From positions 1 through 63,604 of IMG/VR virus record IMGVR_UViG_3300033550_000003: 63,604 nt of DNA; one strand, 5' to 3'. The notes under the pieces are model-generated. The model worked only from the letters and a program-made list of their open reading frames with translations, was not told the origin of the DNA and made no database searches. A program made the translations under genes and the position numbers. This stretch comes from a virus. Taxonomy: Duplodnaviria > Caudoviricetes. Shown piece after piece: positions 24,994-33,410 of this stretch (positions are counted from its first letter, which is position 1; every line of letters begins with the position of its first letter).

Positions 24994-25425
24994 ATGAACG
25001 CCACCACCACTCACAAGCACTACGCCAACAAGCGTGCCACGGGGTCGGCCGTTCAGCGTCGCATCCGGGCCACGGTGCTTGCCCTTGCGGCCCTCACGGG
25101 CCACAGTGACGGGGCCACGTGGGTTGTGTGTGTGGCGTGTGGGGAGCGCTCGGTTGTGGGGGGTGCGCCTAGCGCAATGGACACGTTCAACATGGGCCAC
25201 GTTGTGGCGGACGCGTGTGGGGGTGGCTACTGCCCCTGCAACCTGTTGCCCCTGTGCCGTCAGTGCAACGCTGACATGGGGGATGACACGCTTACCGATG
25301 TGCTTGTTCCTCACTATGACAACCGTTCGATGTGGGACGGAAAGCTTTCTCTTGACCCCGGCATGAGCACTGCCCCTCAGGCCACCCGTGGCCGTGCCCG
25401 CTGGACGGTCCCTCAGGGGGTCTGA
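24994..25425 (+). CDS. HNH-like endonuclease
   Basis: CVACG...FNMGHVVA...GG....NLLPLCRQCN; RBS GGAGG. Confidence 0.7.
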   Translation: MNATTTHKHYANKRATGSAVQRRIRATVLALAALTGHSDGATWVVCVACGERSVVGGAPSAMDTFNMGHVVADACGGGYCPCNLLPLCRQCNADMGDDTLTDVLVPHYDNRSMWDGKLSLDPGMSTAPQATRGRARWTVPQGV

Positions 25426-25440
25426 GAGCCCCTAGAACGT

Positions 25441-25470
25441 TGCCCCCTAGGAAAGAGACCTAGGGGGCAC
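25441..25470 (+). terminator. hairpin terminator
   Basis: TGCCCCCTAGG-aaagaga-CCTAGGGGGCA. Confidence 0.7.
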
Positions 25471-25666
25471 TTCTATGCCCTTAGACGGGCGCACAGGGCT
25501 TCCCGGGGGCAAAAACAATCCTTTTCCAAAGCCTGCCTTATCGGCGTGGAACCTATCCGCAAGTCAGTGTCAAGCCTTATGGGCGCACTAATCGGATTGT
25601 TACAAAGGGATGCGAAGCATGGATCATACACCACAAAAAATTACTTGCATTTTGGATCTCAAAATA

Positions 25667-25912
25667 CTACTCATCAGTAGTATAATCTCCCCAAAATGGT
25701 GGAGGTCCATACAATTTGCCCCCAGAATGCAGCCTCAGCATTTGCTCAGCATCTTCTGGATTGACCTTTTGAGCAATAACGAGCATCAAATCGTAAATGC
25801 GACCCAGCATGACTATATTTGCTACGTCAGCGTCAATTTGGTAATTGTTTGGAAATTCATCTTCGATATCACTATTTATTTTAGTTGGCATGTCTTCATT
25901 TGGATCAATCAT
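25667..25912 (-). CDS. hypothetical protein
   Basis: ATGA overlap with thyX. Confidence 0.65.
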   Translation of the reverse strand: MIDPNEDMPTKINSDIEDEFPNNYQIDADVANIVMLGRIYDLMLVIAQKVNPEDAEQMLRLHSGGKLYGPPPFWGDYTTDE

Positions 25913-26673
25913 GCCAAACCAACAGCTTCACAAGTCCGAGGAAATTTCGTTTCTGTAAGTTCAAGAACTGCCTTGGCATAGTCCTGAATTTCCTTCTGAG
26001 CGTCATGCTCTAGCCTTTCTCCTAGGAAGTGCAATACGGTTGCAAGACTGGTTGTCCAGCGCCATCGTACATACATACCATAAGCTGGAAGGAATAGTCT
26101 CGCTTGTTCCGCGCAAATTCCGTTTGCCATTGCTGATTCGTATAGATCTTCACTCTTACGGATATGCTCTTCTAGTTCATCTGTCCAGAAGTTTCCGAAT
26201 GATTCAGCATCTTCATTGTGAATGTCTAGGTCATATCCATTGTATCTCCAGGCACCCCATTCCACCGGGTCCATTTCTGCTAGAGGTTCACCACTACCCT
26301 GCTTTGAATTTTCGGGCTTTGAACGCCATTCTCCAGCCTTTGGAAGATAGAATGCAGGTTCTTCGGTAATATATCGCCTTGAACTTTCATTCCAGCCCTG
26401 CTGATCTTCAAGATGCGCTGATGCTACAGCATACTTGAACCACTGTCGAGCAACCATCAGAGGTGCATATACCTCAAAAGTCAAGGTTGCATGACGGAAT
26501 ACAGACATATGCTTTTCACGAACAAGGAAGTTCAGAAGTTTCTGGTCTCGCCCGGAAAATTCATCACTTGACTTGTCATATGAGGCTCTTGCCGCATTTA
26601 CTGACGATAGGTCGTCACCCATTGAATCGATAAGAGCCACATAGCCCTTATCCAATACATTAATCTTCGTCAT
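25909..26673 (-). CDS. thyX: FAD-dependent thymidylate synthase
   Basis: VNAARASY, H.SVFRH, APLMVARQW, WNESSRRY, EQARLFLP, AQKEIQDYA. Confidence 0.93.
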   Translation of the reverse strand: MTKINVLDKGYVALIDSMGDDLSSVNAARASYDKSSDEFSGRDQKLLNFLVREKHMSVFRHATLTFEVYAPLMVARQWFKYAVASAHLEDQQGWNESSRRYITEEPAFYLPKAGEWRSKPENSKQGSGEPLAEMDPVEWGAWRYNGYDLDIHNEDAESFGNFWTDELEEHIRKSEDLYESAMANGICAEQARLFLPAYGMYVRWRWTTSLATVLHFLGERLEHDAQKEIQDYAKAVLELTETKFPRTCEAVGLA

Positions 26674-26917
26674 CGTATCTTTCTGTGTTTAGCCATCCTT
26701 GATCTTCAAAAGCTTGATTCCATTCACTAATCGGTAGATCTGATGGCTCGAATACTACCTTGAATGTATGAATTGATTCTGTATCTACGTGTCTTACAGC
26801 GAAATGATCATTTACAAAGGTGACTTCATAGTCATCTTCATATCCATCAAGCCTGTTGTTGTCTACGCCAGACATCAGAAAGTAGTTGAGAACTTCTTCT
26901 GCCTTTTCTCTGTTCAC
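26660..26917 (-). CDS. hypothetical protein
   Basis: 85-aa ORF in operon. Confidence 0.65.
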   Translation of the reverse strand: MNREKAEEVLNYFLMSGVDNNRLDGYEDDYEVTFVNDHFAVRHVDTESIHTFKVVFEPSDLPISEWNQAFEDQGWLNTERYDDED

Positions 26918-27072
26918 AGAAGATTCCTGATCTCTCCGTCTAGCTTTTCGATAAGCTTTTGGTTTCTCTTTGCACCAATCTGGTCACCGGACTTTTTTGC
27001 CCTTTCTAGACCTCGCTGTGCGTTTCGACGCTGCTCGTAAAGAGCATTAAGCGTTCGCTGCTCAGGATTCAT
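26914..27072 (-). CDS. hypothetical protein (52 aa)
   Basis: MNPEQRTLNALYEQRR...; fills gap, overlaps both neighbours. Confidence 0.55.
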   Translation of the reverse strand: MNPEQRTLNALYEQRRNAQRGLERAKKSGDQIGAKRNQKLIEKLDGEIRNLL

Positions 27073-27391
27073 AATTCACTCCATGATCATCTAGAATTTC
27101 TCGAATAAGTTCTGCTGTCGGCTCTACGTAAGAAACTATCTCCTCAACAGCATCACGATACTTCGAAAGCTCACGGTATGCCTTGAGTCGACTGTCTCGC
27201 ATCTCTTCGAATTTCTCGTAAGAAATGGACTCGTCCGGCAGAACGTCCCACTCGGTAAAGAGTGCATATTCCTTCCAAGTAAGTCCGAGGAAATCGTGGA
27301 GTGACACAACTGCATCGTCATCTGGATACATGTCATGCCACTCTTCGATTAAGTCATCGATTTTGTCCCTGCGGGACTCGTTGTCACTCAT
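27062..27391 (-). CDS. hypothetical protein
   Basis: IEEWH....LHDFLGLTWKEYA motif. Confidence 0.7.
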   Translation of the reverse strand: MSDNESRRDKIDDLIEEWHDMYPDDDAVVSLHDFLGLTWKEYALFTEWDVLPDESISYEKFEEMRDSRLKAYRELSKYRDAVEEIVSYVEPTAELIREILDDHGVNYES

Positions 27392-27790
27392 GTCACTACT
27401 ATGTCACTTTCCGGGGACAGTGTCAAGACGTGACACAGCTTTGTTGATCGTATTGGCTGGAACACTTGTCCCCTTGATGTCCTCAATTGTCTTTCTAATC
27501 GTGACACGATCAGTGACACCTTGAGCCCATAGCTTCTTGACCAGCAGTGACACCGACATGTCACTACTAATGTCACTTGTCACTTTGTCACTTTTTACTG
27601 TCACCTTCTTGTCATCGGGGACACTTGTCACCTTTTTTGTCACTACTGTGTCACTTGGTTTTGTCCCCTGAATGTCCTCAGTGGGGACAGATTTGGTGAC
27701 AGACTTAGTGACACTTTTCTTAGGTGACAAACCTTGTCCCGTCGCCTTGGTGACAGTTTCATTGAGACGGAAGAAGATGACACTTCTGAA
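27290..27790. repeat. dense cluster of TGTCAC/GTGACA and TGTCCC/GGGACA hexamers
   Basis: About 20 TGTCAC/GTGACA copies plus several TGTCCC/GGGACA in both orientations. Confidence 0.75.
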
Positions 27791-28279
27791 TCCCTTGAGT
27801 GTCTTCCCTGGAAACATCATCCAGCTCAATTTTCCGAATACCGGCATACGCTTTGGAACGAGTCCATTGGCGCGCATTTCAGTTCGGTGAATGAATCGAA
27901 GATACAGTTCGAAGAGAATTCCTGCAATGACAGGCGGTGCACCGAATAGCACCATTCCTGGAATTCCGTAGTTCAATAGAATTGCGTGCTCAACGTTCAG
28001 ATAAACGGAGGCTCCTACGAACAAATATGTAGCAAGCTTTGTAGCAAGTCCTGAATCCTCAGTCCTTGCGTATTTTGAAGCGAGGTCAGCTACAAAAAGA
28101 GCCGCACCGTCAAAAGCTGCGCTTACACCAATAGCAAGAATCTGTGGAACGTCATAGAACGTTACTGCAAGAGAATACAGACTCCACCATGAGAGTGCAA
28201 GGGCGACTACTAGTACGACTCCGAATGATGCAGCTCCTCGCCAGTCAAGAAGTCTCTTGACATTGGGGGTTTTCATCAT
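27404..28279 (-). CDS. DUF2637 / Spd-like membrane protein with VT/SD-rich linker and C-terminal helical DNA-binding-like domain
   Basis: 4 TM helices (LSWWSLYSLA...AFDGAA...SVYLNVEH...APPV); low-complexity linker encoded by GTGACA repeats. Confidence 0.7.
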   Translation of the reverse strand: MMKTPNVKRLLDWRGAASFGVVLVVALALSWWSLYSLAVTFYDVPQILAIGVSAAFDGAALFVADLASKYARTEDSGLATKLATYLFVGASVYLNVEHAILLNYGIPGMVLFGAPPVIAGILFELYLRFIHRTEMRANGLVPKRMPVFGKLSWMMFPGKTLKGFRSVIFFRLNETVTKATGQGLSPKKSVTKSVTKSVPTEDIQGTKPSDTVVTKKVTSVPDDKKVTVKSDKVTSDISSDMSVSLLVKKLWAQGVTDRVTIRKTIEDIKGTSVPANTINKAVSRLDTVPGK

Positions 28280-28352
28280 TCTCCTTAGTTGATTTATTAC
28301 ACAAAAGTGGCCGGGCTTGTTACAGCCCGGCCTATTAAGTTGTTATTCAGTT

Positions 28353-28754
28353 TTACCGTGAGGATGTAAACATCCATAGCCACTTGTCGATGCCTCGTTG
28401 AATTTCAACAAGTACATCTTGAGTAGCGGGATCACTTTCATCCACAATAGCAGTTTTGAGATCCATGGTCAAGTCATTCAGATCGATCATCACATTATGA
28501 ACAACATCGGACTGATTGAATCGCATCGAACGAATCTGAACTGCCACATCGACTTCAACGAAGTTAATTGAATTGGCCGCTCGAATTCTCTCGGCCAGAA
28601 GATCTGCGTATGAATTCAGATCTGAGTGAAGCTCATCAAGCTTCTCGTGCATGAAGAAGAAAGATGGACCCTGAATGTTCCAGTGGTAATACTTTGCTTC
28701 AACAGCCATGGCAAGCAGTCGGTTAACGAACGGATTAAGCTCGCTTCGTGACAT
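28353..28754 (-). CDS. dps: Dps/ferritin-like protein
   Basis: YHWNIQGPSFFFMHEKLDE...DLLAERIRA, DPATQD, DKWLWM. Confidence 0.88.
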   Translation of the reverse strand: MSRSELNPFVNRLLAMAVEAKYYHWNIQGPSFFFMHEKLDELHSDLNSYADLLAERIRAANSINFVEVDVAVQIRSMRFNQSDVVHNVMIDLNDLTMDLKTAIVDESDPATQDVLVEIQRGIDKWLWMFTSSR

Positions 28755-28953
28755 TTATCAAATCCTTAATTCTATCTCTAAGATCAAGACCAGGACGAAT
28801 GTACCGGTCCTCCGTAGAACACCATAGCACAGGTTCTTCGTCTTTCTCCCTGACTGCAAGAATGTAATCACAGTCGGGGCACTTCAACGGGTCAACCGTA
28901 CCATCTTTCACTGCTCTTGTATAGCTATGGAAAATAGGCCACATGTCACTCAT
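28735..28953 (-). CDS. hypothetical zinc-ribbon protein
   Basis: CPDC...LWC. Confidence 0.6.
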   Translation of the reverse strand: MSDMWPIFHSYTRAVKDGTVDPLKCPDCDYILAVREKDEEPVLWCSTEDRYIRPGLDLRDRIKDLINVTKRA

Positions 28954-29395
28954 TACGAAGCTTTTCCTTGATCTTCGTTGTTGACATTCCTGTGCGTCGA
29001 TCTATGTATATCAGGATAAGATCACGTTCGTCAAGCCATTCCTTAGTGAATCCCATTTGGCCATAGTAATCTCTACCAGCCCAGTCTGAACCAATAGCAA
29101 TGACATCAATGGGTCCCATTCCATCTTGAGAGGAAACAGATTCAATAGTCTTTCTTGAGTCTTCCTCTCCAATGTTTGGAACGACAAGGTCTACATACTT
29201 ACATGATTCAAGGACAGTTTTACGTTCGCGATATGTCTGTACCGGGCCGGATGCTTTGAAACGTTCAATGAATTCATCGGTGTTCAAAGCAACGATCACC
29301 AGTCCATCGCCTGCCAAACGCTTACATGATCTAAGAAGCTCAACATGCCCTTCGTGAAACAGATCAAATGTTCCTCCAGTGTAGATGTTAGGCAT
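28946..29395 (-). CDS. TagD-like cytidylyltransferase
   Basis: YTGGTFDLFHEGH, VALNTDEF, ER..VL.SCKYVD, IGSDW, RTTGMSTT. Confidence 0.9.
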   Translation of the reverse strand: MPNIYTGGTFDLFHEGHVELLRSCKRLAGDGLVIVALNTDEFIERFKASGPVQTYRERKTVLESCKYVDLVVPNIGEEDSRKTIESVSSQDGMGPIDVIAIGSDWAGRDYYGQMGFTKEWLDERDLILIYIDRRTGMSTTKIKEKLRNE

Positions 29396-30035
29396 TTAGC
29401 TTGTCCACATCTGCCTGGAGAGAATCCCTGACATAGTTATTGAAAGCACGTTCGTCGTTATCCCACACCGGGCCACAATTTGCTTCTTCGTACGTTTTAT
29501 CACTCACAGCTTTGCCAGCGTAAGGATGAAGATGCTCAATATTGACGTGATCCAGGTACGTAAGCGTTCCCAGAGCCTCGCCCAGAGTCTTCCAGTAGTT
29601 GTCTGCAAATAGATGAATAAACGTTGGTGGAACCATGTACCCAAGTATTTCTACAATGCGAGAGTCCATGAATACGCCCGTTGGGAGCCCTGCCCTCTGA
29701 TGTCCATCGTTAGCATAGGCCACCATATTCCGTTTGAAGTTGTTTTGTATTTCCACATCCCAACGGTAAGTCTGAGGAAGCGTATCATCACCGAGAAATC
29801 CAATGATGTCGTAATCCGCTGCAAACTGCTTGGAAACTTCATTAAGAGTTCCGACGAGCCTCTTTCGAGGACCAACAAGCAAGGGGAGATTCGTAGCCTG
29901 ATACTCAACCAGCTTTGAATCGTCGTTGTCCACACAGAAGATCACATTTACATCTGCTGTCGTCTGAATGGCATGATAAAGGCGTTCTGCCTTATCTGGT
30001 CGCCCGCGCGTGGGGACGATAATTAAAGTTCTCAT
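29388..30035 (-). CDS. GT-A fold (GT2-like) glycosyltransferase
   Basis: IIVPTRGRP, FCVDNDD, GFLGDD, HLFADN. Confidence 0.8.
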   Translation of the reverse strand: MRTLIIVPTRGRPDKAERLYHAIQTTADVNVIFCVDNDDSKLVEYQATNLPLLVGPRKRLVGTLNEVSKQFAADYDIIGFLGDDTLPQTYRWDVEIQNNFKRNMVAYANDGHQRAGLPTGVFMDSRIVEILGYMVPPTFIHLFADNYWKTLGEALGTLTYLDHVNIEHLHPYAGKAVSDKTYEEANCGPVWDNDERAFNNYVRDSLQADVDKLNA

Positions 30036-30658
30036 GCATAGTCCGTTTCTTGTACGATGCTCTTTTCAAGACCAGAGATGTAAACAAGATCTGACCATGA
30101 CGGCTTTGAGCAATATCCATTTAGCTCACCGGCCTTTGAATACGCATAAAGCGTGTCGTCGTATTGGCCGGTAAGTCCGTCTCTTTCTAGAAGAGCCTTG
30201 ATCTTCTTTGCACCCTTTTCGGAGTAATACATACTTACTCCACCATATCTTTGATAGGTTCTACAGATTGAATGCCCTCGTCCATGCACTCGATCATCAA
30301 ATAGATGAGTGCTGTCTCTTGGAAGAAACAGAGAGAAGAAATCCCAATCTTCTGGAAGCTCGCGAACTCTGAAATTGAAGTTAGACTGGAAATCACTTCC
30401 CAAAATCGCATCATCTTCAAACGTTACAATAGGGGCATGCTCCAAAGCATTCAAAACAGAATGCCAAATTCCTAGATGACCTAGCTGTGCTGGCCAATTA
30501 ACAGGATAAGGATGATCTTTTTGAGCATGTTCAAGCTGCTCTTTGATTCGTCCATCTACTGATGAAACGCCAATATGCTCCCAGCCTTCAAGCTGTGGGA
30601 GCATATTATTGATGTAATGCTGACGCGAATCGTCAACACTAAAGATTGTGTAGCGCAC
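30032..30658 (-). CDS. GT25-like glycosyltransferase
   Basis: SVDG, GHLGIWHS, TFEDDA, LPEDWD, YYSEKGAKK. Confidence 0.75.
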   Translation of the reverse strand: MRYTIFSVDDSRQHYINNMLPQLEGWEHIGVSSVDGRIKEQLEHAQKDHPYPVNWPAQLGHLGIWHSVLNALEHAPIVTFEDDAILGSDFQSNFNFRVRELPEDWDFFSLFLPRDSTHLFDDRVHGRGHSICRTYQRYGGVSMYYSEKGAKKIKALLERDGLTGQYDDTLYAYSKAGELNGYCSKPSWSDLVYISGLEKSIVQETDYA

Positions 30659-30818
30659 GCTTTGCCTTCTTCTCTTCTCGCCTTTCGGCAATATGTGCTG
30701 CCAGGCCAATACCGGTAACGGCTGCCCATGACCAGCCAAACCATCCATGATCAAAAGGTAGATTAATCATGGCCAGAATAAAGCTTAAGCTTAGGATAAA
30801 CGTGATGGCTTTTTTCAT
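30639..30818 (-). CDS. small two-TM membrane protein
   Basis: Hydrophobic helices. Confidence 0.6.
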   Translation of the reverse strand: MKKAITFILSLSFILAMINLPFDHGWFGWSWAAVTGIGLAAHIAERREEKKAKRALHNL

Positions 30819-31027
30819 TAGTCCAACTCTCTGTATCTCCATGCCTCTTCGGCAATGCTTTCATACTGCGGGGAATCAAGAACTGCGTCGATGCCTTTGC
30901 GCCACCATGTTGCAGCATGATTTCCCCACCATCGATGAAGGACTGGAGGAATATCGAATCCTCTATACCTTTTGTCTTCTGGTAGTTTCACGAGCCCCAC
31001 AAGGGAATTGAACCCTCGATACTTCAT
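30818..31027 (-). CDS. hypothetical protein
   Basis: 69-aa ORF, TAATG coupling. Confidence 0.6.
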   Translation of the reverse strand: MKYRGFNSLVGLVKLPEDKRYRGFDIPPVLHRWWGNHAATWWRKGIDAVLDSPQYESIAEEAWRYRELD

Positions 31028-31084
31028 TACGAAAGAAGCGTGTTACCTCTACACCAATGGGGCAGTGATGGAATATAGCCTCCA

Positions 31085-31531
31085 TCAGGCTCTACGACGA
31101 CGAGGTCTTCTTGTTATGCTCAGTATACACAAAGCAGAGCCAGTAATCAATATCTCTGGCGGACACTGCCAATAAAAAGCAAGGGCAGTGACTGAGAAGA
31201 TCGTCAGTCTAAACAAATTGATTGTTGAAAGAGAATACTTTTTTGGAATCCGTCGTTTGCTTCCTGCAAATCGTGCACCTTTTCTCTGATTGCACACAAG
31301 ATGAGCAAGAGCTACATTTCCCCAAACGTGTCCAGGAGACTTCTTTCTCCATGACAAAGGAATCACATGATCAAGAGATGCAGACTTCGGATGTGGATAC
31401 TTTCTTCTGCGATATACGCGTTTGCCACAGATGTGACACTTCCACCGAGATTTGTCGTACACTTCTTGTCTAGTGATCTGAGGATCGTATGGAACTCCGT
31501 ATTCCCTGCAACGATCTTCATCTGACTTCAT
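31085..31531 (-). CDS. HNH-domain protein with C-terminal hydrophobic segments (leaderless)
   Basis: CHICG, SLDHVIPLS...GHVWGNVALAH..CN..K; TATAAT 6 nt upstream of ATG. Confidence 0.78.
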   Translation of the reverse strand: MKSDEDRCREYGVPYDPQITRQEVYDKSRWKCHICGKRVYRRRKYPHPKSASLDHVIPLSWRKKSPGHVWGNVALAHLVCNQRKGARFAGSKRRIPKKYSLSTINLFRLTIFSVTALAFYWQCPPEILITGSALCILSITRRPRRRRA

Positions 31532-31543
31532 GTCATGATTATA

Positions 31544-31759
31544 TCACTCTTGAAGCTCTACACGAGTCTCAGGAAGAGTTACCCAGAACTCAGTATCGAA
31601 GTCGAAAACACCTCGATATCCATTTTCGACCTTGTTCAAAATGATGAAGTTATACCCACCGAAAATTGCCCGGCGACCAGTAAACTCATCTACACAACAC
31701 TTCTTTGTTCCACAAAACTCTTCAAGCTGTGATTCAGCCCAAAAGCGTTCATGAGTCAT
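31544..31759 (-). CDS. hypothetical protein
   Basis: TAATG coupling. Confidence 0.55.
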   Translation of the reverse strand: MTHERFWAESQLEEFCGTKKCCVDEFTGRRAIFGGYNFIILNKVENGYRGVFDFDTEFWVTLPETRVELQE

Positions 31760-32376
31760 TAGTACCATCCTACTGATTGTGAATGAGCCCAAGCACCACA
31801 AGGAGAGCCATAACGATTAGCTATGTAGTTCAATCCCCAGCGTACTTGGGTAAAAGGATTTGTTTTCCAGTCTGCACCGGCCGAAGCCATCTTGCTTGCT
31901 GGTAGAGCTTGTGGGATTCCATAAGCACCAGAACTAGGGTTCGTGGCGTATGTGTTCCATCCTGACTCACGAGTGAAGAGTTTGTCAAGACAGGTGAACT
32001 GACGATCTCCAACCTGCTGCCTTGCCCATTCCTTTACACCAGAATATGTCTTCCTAGGCGTATATGGCCTTTGAGTAGGCTTTGGTGCCTTTGGACGCTT
32101 TGATGAAGTATTTGCTTTCGGCTGTTTCTTCAAGGAAACAGGCTTACGAACCTTCTTGACAACAGACTTCAAGGTAGGTTTTACAGGCTTAGGCTTCTTC
32201 GCGAATGAAGGGTCGAAAAACTCACTCTTATTCGGTTTAGTTTCTGGTGACAAAGAAGGCTGAGCTGCCATCTCCATCTCGGGACCATCCTGTGTAGCTG
32301 CTCCAATAGCAACAGCAGAAGTAGCACCGATGCATAGAATCGCGGTGGCAATTCGACCTGCGATATTGTTATCCAT
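31759..32376 (-). CDS. secreted lytic transglycosylase (SLT / aggregation-promoting-factor-like)
   Basis: Signal peptide, K/P-rich linker, CL..LF.RESGW...A.NPSSGAYGIPQALP...WGL.YI..RYGSPC.AW. Confidence 0.85.
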   Translation of the reverse strand: MDNNIAGRIATAILCIGATSAVAIGAATQDGPEMEMAAQPSLSPETKPNKSEFFDPSFAKKPKPVKPTLKSVVKKVRKPVSLKKQPKANTSSKRPKAPKPTQRPYTPRKTYSGVKEWARQQVGDRQFTCLDKLFTRESGWNTYATNPSSGAYGIPQALPASKMASAGADWKTNPFTQVRWGLNYIANRYGSPCGAWAHSQSVGWY

Positions 32377-32458
32377 AGTTTATTCCTCCAAGAGGGAGCT
32401 TTCGTTGCTCCCAGATGGTTATCAAGGCTATATGGGTAACGGTTCTGTGTCAAATCTG

Positions 32459-32626
32459 TTACAAGACAGACTGATACTTAACTAGTCTGACGTTCTTTGC
32501 GCCTTCTTCTTCCAGAATTCTCTTTTCAAGATTAGCTTGATCTCTTGGGAAAAGTTCTCTGGTTTCCTTTTTCACTCCATCGATCTCATAGCTGAGATAA
32601 AAGAAGTAATTAGTTTCTTCGAACAT
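32459..32626 (-). CDS. hypothetical protein (55 aa)
   Basis: MFEETNYFFYLSYEIDG...; TGATG coupling. Confidence 0.55.
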   Translation of the reverse strand: MFEETNYFFYLSYEIDGVKKETRELFPRDQANLEKRILEEEGAKNVRLVKYQSVL

Positions 32627-32859
32627 CATCTTTCCTTTCCGTCGTAAATTCCAAAATGACCGAATAGTCTTTCGATGTATCTTTGAGGATTCTCACAAGA
32701 TTCATGAGTAACCTTCTTCATGCTTTGATAGTAACGAACTCTTTCGCCCTTTTCAAGCATTACTTCACAATCTGCACATTTAATTAGATGAGTATTGGAT
32801 TCTAGAATTCTGTATGAATTTCCATGTGAATCCTTGTAGAACTTTCTTGTTCTTTTCAT
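32626..32859 (-). CDS. hypothetical Cys/His protein
   Basis: CADC...HESC; RBS AAGGA. Confidence 0.6.
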   Translation of the reverse strand: MKRTRKFYKDSHGNSYRILESNTHLIKCADCEVMLEKGERVRYYQSMKKVTHESCENPQRYIERLFGHFGIYDGKER

Positions 32860-32884
32860 TTTCATCCTTTTCAAATAATTTAAT

Positions 32885-33324
32885 CCCCCCCCAGCGTGCC
32901 TAGAGTGAGGGCGTATGCCTAAAATCACTCGCTGTTGAGTCTACTTCACTGCCACGACAAGGGCCTCACAGTCACACGCGCCTTGTCCTCTGGTGCTAGT
33001 CCTTACTAGCTTCTTCTTTGATTTCCTGGCTTATGTGAGAGTTTGGAAGAAGAACGGGTCAAGAAAACCATTCGACTAAACGGACAGTGACACGCCTAGA
33101 AGTTACTCTCACCACAGCCCTTAGTGAAGCGGATGGCCCCCGCGCTTTCCTCTTGTCGTCCATGTGGCTAGGGTCCTATTATTTCAAGGAAGAAGAACTC
33201 TGGGCAAAGAAAAAGACCCAGGAGGCTAGGCCCCTCCTGGGTCGTGATAGTTAAACTATCGCCACGCTGGGCCTAGCAGCATGTTGTACAACAACAACAT
33301 ACCACACGGTGCAGCGTGAGTCAA
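32885..33324 (-). promoter_or_regulatory. promoter plus structured ~430-nt leader with attenuator-like terminator
   Basis: TTGACT-N17-TATGTT (33324-33296); terminator 33210-33243; complementary arm 33269-33277; uORF 33256-33282. Confidence 0.6.
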
Positions 33325-33410
33325 AATTACGTCAGTTGAACCATAGCTCAACCAACTGATACAATAGTATCACGGACAAGAAGCCGTGTCAAACATTGAA
33401 AAGGAGTCCT

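Noticed and set aside
32885-33280. tmRNA, RNase P RNA or group I intron
   Set aside because: No tRNA-like ends or tag ORF, no RNase P P4 signature, and no clear P7 pairing or interrupted host gene.
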